Below, piece after piece: positions 31,910 to 40,804 of a stretch of DNA of 53,639 bases (positions within the stretch are counted from its first letter, which is position 1; every line of letters begins with the position of its first letter). The DNA is taken from the IMG/VR virus record IMGVR_UViG_3300021225_000313, positions 1 to 53,639 of that record; one strand, given 5' to 3'. This DNA comes from a virus. Its lineage: Duplodnaviria; Caudoviricetes. Made by a program: the position numbers and the translations under genes. The notes under the pieces were generated by a model. The model searched no databases and was not told the origin of the DNA. It saw only the letters and a program-made list of their open reading frames with translations.

Positions 31910-32878
31910 ATGAAAAAAATTATAAAATTAAAAGAAAGTGACCTAAAAAAATTGGTTGAAAACATAATAACCGAACAAAACACCACAGATAACATCAAAT
32001 TGATTCAAAGGAAGTTAATATCTCTCGGATATGATGTTGGTCCAAGAAAAGATGACGGGGTGTATGGACCAAAGACAAAACAAGCGGTAATAAAATATCA
32101 AACGGATAATAAAATATCCCCGACAGGATTTGTTGGTGACATAACCGCAAAATCTTTGGGTGTGAATTCATTATCCAAAAAAACAAGGACGACCACAAAA
32201 ACAAAAGGTTATAGTGGATTAAGTTCGGATATTGACACCAATTTCGTTGGTAAATTTGATTTAAACAAACTAAGTACATCTGACTCCATACCAGTATGTG
32301 ATGCAGGTCAAGAACAGTGTGCTCAATTTGTGAGTGAATTTTCAAAAAAGATTGGTGTTGGAGAAGTTGGTGACGCATGGACAGCACATGATAATGATAA
32401 ATTAGGTCAGCGTATATGGAGTGTATACACATCTTTGACACCACAACAAGTTGATAAAATATTTAATATATTCAAAAATTTATCAGGTACATTTGGACCA
32501 AAATATAATGGTTCTCAAACAGAAAACATCAAAAGATTACAGGAAGAACTGATTAAACCCATACCAGCATCAGTTTTAAAAGTAAATGATGTGGTTGGAA
32601 TATATTATCCAAAATCAAAATACCATGAAAAGGCGTTTTATCAATCTGCTACTTTTGGTAAAGGATATTTTGTTAGAAAGGGTATTTTTGATTGGGAAAA
32701 AGGAAGTACAATACAAAGTGGAAAAGGATTTGGTTTTAATACACATGTAGGGATTGTTGGGGCTATTAAAGATGGTGTTCCGTTAATATTCCATAATATT
32801 CACGGACAGGTATATTCTGACCCTTACAATAAATTAAGGGATGACGCAAAAATAACGTGGGTTAAGAGATTATCTTAA
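31910..32878 (+). CDS. peptidoglycan-binding protein with CHAP/NlpC-like Cys-His domain and leader
   Basis: DGVYGPKTKQAV; QCAQFV, GDAW and THVGIV; leader MKKIIKLKESDL. Confidence 0.7.
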   Translation: MKKIIKLKESDLKKLVENIITEQNTTDNIKLIQRKLISLGYDVGPRKDDGVYGPKTKQAVIKYQTDNKISPTGFVGDITAKSLGVNSLSKKTRTTTKTKGYSGLSSDIDTNFVGKFDLNKLSTSDSIPVCDAGQEQCAQFVSEFSKKIGVGEVGDAWTAHDNDKLGQRIWSVYTSLTPQQVDKIFNIFKNLSGTFGPKYNGSQTENIKRLQEELIKPIPASVLKVNDVVGIYYPKSKYHEKAFYQSATFGKGYFVRKGIFDWEKGSTIQSGKGFGFNTHVGIVGAIKDGVPLIFHNIHGQVYSDPYNKLRDDAKITWVKRLS

Positions 32879-32880
32879 AC

Positions 32881-32910
32881 AAAAAACCCCCGAATTATCG
32901 GGGGTTTTTT
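32881..32910. terminator. bidirectional rho-independent terminator
   Basis: AAAAAACCCCCGA-atta-TCGGGGGTTTTTT between convergent genes. Confidence 0.85.
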
Positions 32911-32916
32911 ATCTCA

Positions 32917-33186
32917 TCATAACATCGACTGTAACATCATTTTCAGTTGATTATCCATCATACTTTTCAACTCATCATATTCCTCATCAATAATATTCCC
33001 AACTCTTTTTTCTCTTTGCAAATCATCATAAAAATTAACAATAAGAGATTCAATTTTTCTAATCGTTTCTTTTGCGTCTTGCTTCAAGAAATTTACTTGC
33101 ATGTCTTCTTCCTTAATAACCTTTTTCTTGTGCATTTCAAGAATCTGACTTTTTTCAGATTCCGTTAAAATTAAACCATTTTTCAT
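32917..33186 (-). CDS. small protein with leader
   Basis: LILTESEKSQILEMH; TATTTATA upstream. Confidence 0.65.
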   Translation of the reverse strand: MKNGLILTESEKSQILEMHKKKVIKEEDMQVNFLKQDAKETIRKIESLIVNFYDDLQREKRVGNIIDEEYDELKSMMDNQLKMMLQSML

Positions 33187-33217
33187 ATTTTCTTTTTATA
33201 TAAATATAAACAAAATT

Positions 33218-33700
33218 TTATTTCCGTGGTCGATTTGTGGGATGAATCATTATTGTATGTCCAATAATCTTCTTATCAACAACAAACCCATATTTCAATA
33301 ATATCTTCTCCATTACAGGATTTGTGACATCAACAACATACCTTAACTCATCATCATAATTCTGAAGGTTAAACTCAGAAAACGCTTCCCTCACCAACCT
33401 TTCACCAATACCCATACCTTGATATGATTTGTCAATCGCAATGTCAAATGAAAACTCATCACCCGATATTTCGGTCCATAACCCACCAAGAACATTGTCG
33501 TTCTCATCCAACACAACACTCTTCAATTCCTTACCACGCAATATATTAACCCCATTCTCCTTTGCAATTCTTAACGCAACATCTGATATGTTATAAATGT
33601 CAATATCGTCTTCCATATCATTTTCAAAGTCTATGGAAACCACCCTAAATGATTCAAATAATAAATGACCTAATTGTGATTCACTAATCAATATTTTCAT
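33218..33700 (-). CDS. GNAT acetyltransferase with leader
   Basis: IAIDKSYQGMGIGERLV (motif A), NP and KYGF; leader MKILISESQL. Confidence 0.85.
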   Translation of the reverse strand: MKILISESQLGHLLFESFRVVSIDFENDMEDDIDIYNISDVALRIAKENGVNILRGKELKSVVLDENDNVLGGLWTEISGDEFSFDIAIDKSYQGMGIGERLVREAFSEFNLQNYDDELRYVVDVTNPVMEKILLKYGFVVDKKIIGHTIMIHPTNRPRK

Positions 33701-33722
33701 GTTAATAAATATGTTTCAGCAA

Positions 33723-33968
33723 TCATAAATCTTTCTTAATGTCATCAAATGAATCCGCATTTGAAAAATCACTATGCAAATATTCTATCACCTCTCTCAT
33801 CGCCCTACCCTGTTCCTCAGGACCATCCTCAGCACGAATCGTTAAACATAACGCCCCCATCAATAATGCTCTTATCGTCTTTAATCCCATGTCCTCATCG
33901 CTCTTCATGATTTCAAATTGGACTCTACCATCTTTTTTGTGCGCATTTACCTGAACCCTTAATGACAT
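33723..33968 (-). CDS. hypothetical protein
   Basis: 81-aa ATG ORF in a co-oriented run. Confidence 0.6.
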   Translation of the reverse strand: MSLRVQVNAHKKDGRVQFEIMKSDEDMGLKTIRALLMGALCLTIRAEDGPEEQGRAMREVIEYLHSDFSNADSFDDIKKDL

Positions 33969-34004
33969 GATTATATATTTTTATGCAATATAAAGAAAAT
34001 TTCA

Positions 34005-34649
34005 TTAATAGGTATATTTTGTCAAAACCAAATAATTTTTCCCAAGAGCATTTAATGCAATTTCAACTTCTTTCAAACATTCATTAATACCACCACCACA
34101 AAGAATAATATTATTATAATTTTTTAATTCGTCCATCAAATCTGGAATTGTTATGCAATCATCCGCCAATTCCAATAATTGACGAACATCTTCGTGACCA
34201 TGCGTTTCCATATATTCATTCCAAAATTCTTCATCTAACTCTCTGGAATCGTTAATGTTTTTATCAATCATTAATCTAACCAAATCACTTATTTTATTTT
34301 CATCAATGCTTTCATCCATACAATATCTGAAGAACGCATAACCTTTATCATAAAATTTTGCAACATCTATCACACTTTCATCCAATCCATTTTCAAACCA
34401 CCAATTAATATATTCAGATTCGTTTACCATACCCAATGTATCATAACCATTATACAGAAATGTTAAACGTGACACCTTATCATAATTTTCATTCAAAAAG
34501 TCAATAAACTTGGAAAGAAATGGGATATATTTTGAATACTCAGGCTGAATATCAACAACAACCAAATGTTTACCTGCAACAGGATTAACATCACTCATTT
34601 CATGAATTCTATTTATCTGTTCATGCAGTAATATATTTTTTTTAATCAT
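34005..34649 (-). CDS. isochorismatase/nicotinamidase-like cysteine hydrolase with leader
   Basis: LVVVDIQ, DKGY and IILCGGGINECL; leader LHEQINRIHEM. Confidence 0.65.
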   Translation of the reverse strand: MIKKNILLHEQINRIHEMSDVNPVAGKHLVVVDIQPEYSKYIPFLSKFIDFLNENYDKVSRLTFLYNGYDTLGMVNESEYINWWFENGLDESVIDVAKFYDKGYAFFRYCMDESIDENKISDLVRLMIDKNINDSRELDEEFWNEYMETHGHEDVRQLLELADDCITIPDLMDELKNYNNIILCGGGINECLKEVEIALNALGKNYLVLTKYTY

Positions 34650-34661
34650 AAATTTATTTTA

Positions 34662-35261
34662 CTAATATCTAATATCAGGATTATTTGGGTCAAATGTCAA
34701 ATTACTACCATCAGCAATCTTAATTTGATTGGGTTCAAAAACAACCAATTCATCTTCCTTCCAACCTCGTTCACCATTTGTTTTTGTAAATTGTCCATCG
34801 AAATATATGGAATCATATCCTTCTTGATATAATTTTTCCAATTGATTCGAATTTATAAATGAATGTTCAGATTCATCCGATTTTTTAATATTTCTCGCAT
34901 TAATAAAAACACTAATAATTCTTGTTCCATATGATGACGCAGAAATAGAATAACTTGTAAAATAATATCCTACCCCACCTTCCGTCCATGGAAGTTTATT
35001 GGAATTGGTATTACTGAAAATATTGAAATCCCCTCTACTCCCATGATATAATATCTTAGGTTCACCATTCTCATCCACCACCTTACTTGACCCCGATGGA
35101 TTATTCTCCCAATCCCCAAACCAACTCTTGAATTCTGGTGTCCGAACCAATCTATATAATTCAGGACTCAAATTTGACGGTTTACCATTAGGTGCAAGTA
35201 ACGCTTCCTCATGCAACCCCATCATCTCCTTTATCCTATATAATTGTTCTTGAAGATTCAT
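34662..35261 (-). CDS. ART-PolyVal-like ADP-ribosyltransferase domain protein with leader
   Basis: VRTPEFKSWFGDW, SKVVDENGEP, YHGS, GYYFT, GYDSI and ELVVFEPNQIK; leader MNLQEQLYRIKEMM. Confidence 0.7.
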   Translation of the reverse strand: MNLQEQLYRIKEMMGLHEEALLAPNGKPSNLSPELYRLVRTPEFKSWFGDWENNPSGSSKVVDENGEPKILYHGSRGDFNIFSNTNSNKLPWTEGGVGYYFTSYSISASSYGTRIISVFINARNIKKSDESEHSFINSNQLEKLYQEGYDSIYFDGQFTKTNGERGWKEDELVVFEPNQIKIADGSNLTFDPNNPDIRY

Positions 35262-35273
35262 ATCAGATAAATT

Positions 35274-36002
35274 TTATTTGTTAAAAAAAAGACCATGAAT
35301 GTCCTTCAATATGAACTCACCATACGCATCTTGTATGTACTCAAACATGGTATCATAAAACTCCCCATAACTATCCTCAATATCATACCTTGACTTCGAA
35401 CCATAATCATCAACAAACATATCTATCATCCTGTCAATAATGTCCCTACCAAAAAAACCATACCCAGCAGCCCTGTCCGTTATCATGTCATCCTCAACCT
35501 TAAACGTATCCTTCATCCTATTCTTACCATCAATGTAATTAAAAATATTTAAAGACTTCTTAGCATCCTCATAATAAGTCTTAACCATTCTCATCCCCAT
35601 CCTCCTTATCGCAGCACGATTCTTCGACAATACCCCCTTCACCATTATATCATCCTCACTATCAACCACCTTCCTCTCACTTATATGTTTCTTAACCATA
35701 CCCACAAACAAATCATAAGAACCATCCAACTCATCCATGGTAAAACCAATCTTCACATCCTCACCAAATATACCCTGACTTATGTCCTCCTCAATCATGT
35801 CCAACATGTATTTCTTCAAAAACCTAAAATATAATACCATGTCCTGTTCATCATACTTGTCATCAAATCGAGTCTCAAGCATCCAATCAAAATGAGAACC
35901 AATATAATGGTCCCATACTTCATTCAAACTAATATACCCATCCATTATGTTCTCACCAATAATATACCTAAACTGACTTTCACTAATTATAATTCTTTTC
36001 AT
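35274..36002 (-). CDS. acidic hypothetical protein with leader
   Basis: Start trimmed to MKRIIISESQF. Confidence 0.7.
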   Translation of the reverse strand: MKRIIISESQFRYIIGENIMDGYISLNEVWDHYIGSHFDWMLETRFDDKYDEQDMVLYFRFLKKYMLDMIEEDISQGIFGEDVKIGFTMDELDGSYDLFVGMVKKHISERKVVDSEDDIMVKGVLSKNRAAIRRMGMRMVKTYYEDAKKSLNIFNYIDGKNRMKDTFKVEDDMITDRAAGYGFFGRDIIDRMIDMFVDDYGSKSRYDIEDSYGEFYDTMFEYIQDAYGEFILKDIHGLFFNK

Positions 36003-36052
36003 ATCAGATAAATATGAAAAATTTTGTTTATTTTTTATCAAATCTAAAACAT

Positions 36053-36721
36053 ATGAATGAAAATACACTAAAAAAGAAAAAACAATTAATTAGAAAAGAA
36101 TTAAGAAAAAAAGGTATATTACCTGAATATGGACAACCATTAAATGATGAACAAACTGTAATATGGAAACAAATTAGACAAGGCAATTTTAATGTAAAAG
36201 AAATATTAAAAAACCAAAACATAAAAAAAGAATGCAAAAAATGCGGTGAAACAGATACTTTAAAGTTCTATCATAATAATAAAAGCAAATGCAAGAAATG
36301 TTCATTATTGGAATTAAAATTGAAATATGAAAATAATGAATTAGGTAATGTTTATAAAAAAGCTGAAAATTGGAGAAATTTGAATTTTATTCGTGTGAGA
36401 GTATTACAAGCAAAACATAGAGCAAAAAGAAAAAAACTGGAATTTGAATTAACAGATAATATCATTGAAGAAAAATTAAAAAACCAAGATGGAAAATGCT
36501 ATATAACAAGAATACCATTAGTACTTACTGCAAATAATTGGGCAACTATGTCAATAGATAGATTGGATTCTAATCTTGGTTACACAATTGAAAATACTAT
36601 ACTTGTAACATGGTTTATAAATCAATCAAAAAATAAAATGTTATTGAATGAATTTATTGAACACATGAAATTGTGTTATAAAGGAATTACTGAAAATCCG
36701 ATATTTTATGAAAAAAATTAA
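36053..36721 (+). CDS. HNH/His-Me finger endonuclease-like protein
   Basis: CKKC...CKKC; QDGKCYIT and SIDRLDSNLGYTIEN...INQSK. Confidence 0.7.
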   Translation: MNENTLKKKKQLIRKELRKKGILPEYGQPLNDEQTVIWKQIRQGNFNVKEILKNQNIKKECKKCGETDTLKFYHNNKSKCKKCSLLELKLKYENNELGNVYKKAENWRNLNFIRVRVLQAKHRAKRKKLEFELTDNIIEEKLKNQDGKCYITRIPLVLTANNWATMSIDRLDSNLGYTIENTILVTWFINQSKNKMLLNEFIEHMKLCYKGITENPIFYEKN

Positions 36722-36798
36722 AAAATTTTTTTTTCACTTTTGACCTAATTTTTGGATTTTTAGAAAAAAATTAAAAAATTTTTTTTTCACTTTTGACC
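36710..36798 (+). repeat. perfect 36-bp direct repeat
   Basis: GAAAAAAATTAAAAAATTTTTTTTTCACTTTTGACC at 36710-36745 and 36763-36798. Confidence 0.85.
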
Positions 36799-36887
36799 AG
36801 GAAAGTCAAGTTTTCAGATTTTTTTTAAAAAAATTTCTGTTAGGGGATTGACCCCCGTCCTAAGACCTTGAAAAAACACATATATAA

Positions 36888-36968
36888 GGGGGGATACGGA
36901 GGGGGAGGGGGGTATGTTCCTTGGCAGGAGGGGGGTTAATAGGAAAGGGGGGACGTATATGTCCCCCC
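36888..36968 (+). other. G-tract cluster ending in a hairpin
   Basis: Five runs of 5-6 G; GGGGGGAC-gtatat-GTCCCCCC hairpin at 36947-36968, probable terminator of 36977-37492. Confidence 0.7.
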
Positions 36969-36976
36969 GTTATCCT

Positions 36977-37492
36977 TTACAGGATTTCGTATTTGATTCC
37001 GTTCATGGATACCTCTTTAAGGGAGTCAATCATGAAGGATTTCGGGTCATGTTTGTTTACCTGAGGTTGACGGGACGTTTGGGATTTCTTTACCTCAAAG
37101 GAAACGAAAACGTTTCTGTCAATCGGATTTCCCTCAAAGGTATATTCCGATTTGATGTTTGAGGTATCGAAGGTAAAGTATTGAAGGTAATAACGATTCA
37201 ATTTTTCATTGAATTGTACACACTTAGAAACGTGGTCACCTACCTTACATTCCTCAGATACAAAGGTACGTTCCATACCCTCTTTTTCCATACGGTTATT
37301 AACCATATCCTCATAAGACCCCCCGATAAAGTAGTTACCCTTTGAGGTCTTAAATACCTTGTCAAAGTAAGGATTTCCACCTTTGTTCATCCGTACTTTC
37401 GTTTCTGAAACGATATTAACAAAAGTAGGTTTGTTAACATTTTTCAGGATTTCGAGGATTTCTGTCTTTGATACTTTCATTACGTTACTCAT
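36977..37492 (-). CDS. early-type hypothetical protein (paralog of 48646-49218)
   Basis: 171 aa, no Ala; shares MNKxGNP and NxxEKEG motifs; own minus-strand promoter at about 37513-37544. Confidence 0.8.
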   Translation of the reverse strand: MSNVMKVSKTEILEILKNVNKPTFVNIVSETKVRMNKGGNPYFDKVFKTSKGNYFIGGSYEDMVNNRMEKEGMERTFVSEECKVGDHVSKCVQFNEKLNRYYLQYFTFDTSNIKSEYTFEGNPIDRNVFVSFEVKKSQTSRQPQVNKHDPKSFMIDSLKEVSMNGIKYEIL

Positions 37493-37728
37493 AGTGTGTT
37501 TGTTTGTGAATACAAAACTATAACCTTTATTTCAATCCACCAAATTTATTTTTAGTTTTTTTGAAATTATTTTTTGGGTATGTCTTTTTGATATTTCCAA
37601 ATTTTTGGGTCTATTTTTTTTTCAAAACTTCTTTGGCGACCCCCTCAAAAAAAGTTTGAAAATAGTTGAATTAATTTTTGGTAATATGAAATATCCATTT
37701 TATCTTTGAGTTCTAAATCACACACACC

Positions 37729-37995
37729 ATGAAAGTAAATGTTGTCTTCTCTTTCATCCACATGACGGACAAAAGTAATAATGATGTACCCGTTTGGGTT
37801 CCTCAAGGAACGATGTCCCAATCCTTTGAGATGGAAACCGATATCGAACAAATCTTGAATAACCTGAAACGGTTTAACTTTATCGTAATGAATAAGATAG
37901 GTAATGAATTGGTTGATATCAATAATACTTACGGTGACAATTTTAACCGATACGAATATATCGACCACGAAGTATTCGAATGTGTCCCCGAATAG
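37729..37995 (+). CDS. early-type hypothetical protein
   Basis: Promoter upstream; terminator GTCCCC-gaata-GGGGAC-T8 overlapping the stop; no Ala. Confidence 0.75.
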   Translation: MKVNVVFSFIHMTDKSNNDVPVWVPQGTMSQSFEMETDIEQILNNLKRFNFIVMNKIGNELVDINNTYGDNFNRYEYIDHEVFECVPE

Positions 37996-38310
37996 GGGAC
38001 TTTTTTTTATTTCCCCCGTGAATGTTCCTTGGCAGGTTTGACGTGATTAGAGACGTTTTAAGACCGTTTACCCGTGTTTGTGTGTGTTGACCTTAATTGA
38101 GGAATAAACGTTCAGGAAGGGGTACAGAATCAATCCACAGATGAACTGAAACAATATCCATTCAGGTGGGGATGAATTGACCATTCGAACGTGGATTTTA
38201 GGTGGGGGTATCCTATCAACCCCGCCAAAGAACTTTTCGAAAATAAATCACGTCTGAAATTTGGTAGTTTCATTTCTCCCGTATATCTTTGTATTCTAAA
38301 TCACACACAC

Positions 38311-38511
38311 ATGACCACACAACAATTCGTTGAGAAGTACAGAATGAGGAGAAAAGACCCAAAAGACCTGAAAAGGGAGGTGGAGATTGGAATCCTCTCA
38401 AAACTATCTGACCTTCAGATGTTTTGTGGTGAAAATGACAGAGTATTCATCAACCACATCAAAGAGTTCGTAAGTGACTACTTTGAAATAGAAGAAACCC
38501 CCTCCGAATAG
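38311..38511 (+). CDS. early-type hypothetical protein
   Basis: Start trimmed to MTTQQF after the promoter; terminator follows; no Ala. Confidence 0.7.
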   Translation: MTTQQFVEKYRMRRKDPKDLKREVEIGILSKLSDLQMFCGENDRVFINHIKEFVSDYFEIEETPSE

Positions 38512-38627
38512 GGGGTTTTTTTTGTTCCTTATCCAACCTCGCCAAAGAAATTTCTGAAAATAAATTCAAATAAAATTTGGTAGTTTCAAATGTTCTTTAT
38601 ATCTTTGAGTTCTAAATCAATCACACC

Positions 38628-38789
38628 ATGTGTAACGTCATCAACACCGTCCTTTGGATTGTAGGAATCCTCATCATGATTTGGTCCATCATGGGGTTCG
38701 TCATGTTCTACGAACAGTATCGTATCAGTGAGTACAAGAAAATTCGGAGGAAGTGGAGAGAGTTTGACGAACAAAACACCCCTGAATAA
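38628..38789 (+). CDS. 53-aa membrane protein absent from the ORF track
   Basis: MCNVINTVLWIVGILIMIWSIMGFVMFY...; flanked by promoter and terminator. Confidence 0.7.
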   Translation: MCNVINTVLWIVGILIMIWSIMGFVMFYEQYRISEYKKIRRKWREFDEQNTPE

Positions 38790-38905
38790 GGGGTTTTTTT
38801 TGTTCCTTATCCAACCTCGCCAAAGAAAATCCTTCAAAAATATTTGGTCTGAAATTTGGTAGTTTCAAATGTCTTACATATCTTTGTATTCTAAATCAAA
38901 CAAAT

Positions 38906-39145
38906 ATGACTGAAACATTCATGACATTCGGGAGTACAAAAAGTGACACTTTCAGACAGTTGAAGAGTGGTCATTGGGTGGGTGATACATGGGGAGGTAA
39001 AACCTTCACATCAGTTGAGAAATTTGAAAAAGGTTCCACGGGAGGGGAACGGTTCAGGGATATTGAGGTGAGGGAGTCCACAGAGGAAGAAAAAAAGGAG
39101 TTCACGGACATCCTAATTTTTAGGATTAACAAACCGTCCATCTAA
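38906..39145 (+). CDS. early-type hypothetical protein
   Basis: Promoter-ORF-terminator unit; no Ala. Confidence 0.7.
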   Translation: MTETFMTFGSTKSDTFRQLKSGHWVGDTWGGKTFTSVEKFEKGSTGGERFRDIEVRESTEEEKKEFTDILIFRINKPSI

Positions 39146-39269
39146 CCCCGAAAGGGGTTTTTTCTTGTCTTACACTCAACCCCGCCAAGGAAATATCACC
39201 AGATAAAGTTTGTCTGAAATTTGGTAGTTTCAAATGTCTTACATATCTTTGTATCCTAAATCAAACGAT

Positions 39270-39479
39270 ATGTTACAAGATGTTTGGACAGAAGAAGGAA
39301 TGGAGGGTGAAGAATTGGTTGTCGGACAAACCACGGGTTGTGGATGTTGTACGTACAATGTCCACGGAAAGGTGAGTGTCACAGATGAACTGAAAAACAA
39401 CATGAAGTTTATCCTGAAGTCGTGTCAGATTTTGGGTATCACCCTTGAAGAACTTAAAACAATGGTGGAAGAAAAATAA
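39270..39479 (+). CDS. early-type hypothetical protein (GCGCC amino-acid motif)
   Basis: Start trimmed to MLQDVW after the promoter; no Ala. Confidence 0.7.
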   Translation: MLQDVWTEEGMEGEELVVGQTTGCGCCTYNVHGKVSVTDELKNNMKFILKSCQILGITLEELKTMVEEK

Positions 39480-39643
39480 AACAAGATATTCGTGTGTTTT
39501 GATTTGGAGTCCTACCCGAAAGGGTGGGATTTTTTTTTGGTATTACACCCAATCCCGCCAAAGAAGTTTAACCAGAAATAGTTCGTTCGAAATTTGGTAG
39601 TTTCAAATGTCTTACATATCTTTGTATTCTAAACAAACATACT

Positions 39644-39787
39644 ATGAAAATCAAGACACACAAAGGGTACAAGAGAGATGAACAAGTAAACCAAGGGATG
39701 TACGATGGACGTTTCCGTCCCAAGGTGGTAATGGACAAAAAGAAAAAGGAAAACAAGTTCGGATGTCGGAAAAAGTGGGGGGAGTGA
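39644..39787 (+). CDS. 47-aa basic protein absent from the ORF track
   Basis: MKIKTHKG...GMYDGRFRPKVVMDKKKKE...; directly after the promoter. Confidence 0.7.
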   Translation: MKIKTHKGYKRDEQVNQGMYDGRFRPKVVMDKKKKENKFGCRKKWGE

Positions 39788-39984
39788 AATCCCTTCACTT
39801 TAATATGACACGTAAACATATTGTCGTGTCGTGATTTAGACGAGACCCCTGTCCGATGAGGATGGGGGTTCTTGTTTGTGGTAACTGACCCAACCTCGCC
39901 AAAGAAATTTCTGAAAAAAAAGATGAATTAAAATTTGGTGGATTCAAATCTATGATATATCTTTGTATCCTAAATCAATCACAT

Positions 39985-40176
39985 ATGAAGTACATTATCG
40001 TTTGTCTCCTGATGTTTGTAGTGTTCACCCCTATGTACATTTGGTACGGGTTAAAGACCATTTGGAATTGGGAGGTGGATAAAAACATTCACGAATTAAA
40101 CGGAGTTGTAAGAAGAAGGACATTCTACACAAAAAGAAAGTTGTTCCCTCAAAAACATTACCCGACTATGTATTGA
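39985..40176 (+). CDS. small membrane protein
   Basis: MKYIIVCLLMFVVFTPMYIWYGL; unit architecture. Confidence 0.7.
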   Translation: MKYIIVCLLMFVVFTPMYIWYGLKTIWNWEVDKNIHELNGVVRRRTFYTKRKLFPQKHYPTMY

Positions 40177-40310
40177 AAACTAACCCCCTGAAGAAGGGGG
40201 TTTTTTTTGTTTCACATCCAATCCCGCCAAAGAAGTTTTTTCAAATAAATCTGAAATAAATTTGGTAGATTCAAATATTCATTTTATCTTTGTATTCTAA
40301 ATCACACAAT

Positions 40311-40688
40311 ATGAAAAAGACGTATCTCCTTCAGTACAAGTTTTCAACGTCCAAGGGTATCTATACCAACGGATGGAAAATCTGTACCTTGAAAGTAAAC
40401 CTGAAAAAAGTTTCCTCATGTATGGGAGGGGGTTATGACATGAAAGGAACAAATTTGGGGAATTGGATTGAAAAAGAATTTCAGGAAGAACTGAAGACCC
40501 TCGACCCTCGAAAGTATTACGGAATGTCATATGATGAAGACGGTACGGTAATCCTCAACGGTTCGTGTGGGTTCACCTCAATGGAATCAATCCTCAACGG
40601 GTTGGGGTACAAAATCAATCAACTCCCAACCAAAGGAAGTAACAAATTCCTTGATATGTCCAACGACTTTGAAGTGACCCCCATATAA
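40311..40688 (+). CDS. early-type hypothetical protein
   Basis: GGGYDMKGT motif; unit architecture; no Ala. Confidence 0.75.
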   Translation: MKKTYLLQYKFSTSKGIYTNGWKICTLKVNLKKVSSCMGGGYDMKGTNLGNWIEKEFQEELKTLDPRKYYGMSYDEDGTVILNGSCGFTSMESILNGLGYKINQLPTKGSNKFLDMSNDFEVTPI

Positions 40689-40804
40689 GGGGGTTTTTTC
40701 TTTTTATACCCGTAACCCGCCAAAGAACTTTTTTCAAAAATAGTTTCTCCAAAGTTTGGTAGATTCAAATATTCATTTTATCTTTGTATTCTAAATCACA
40801 CACT

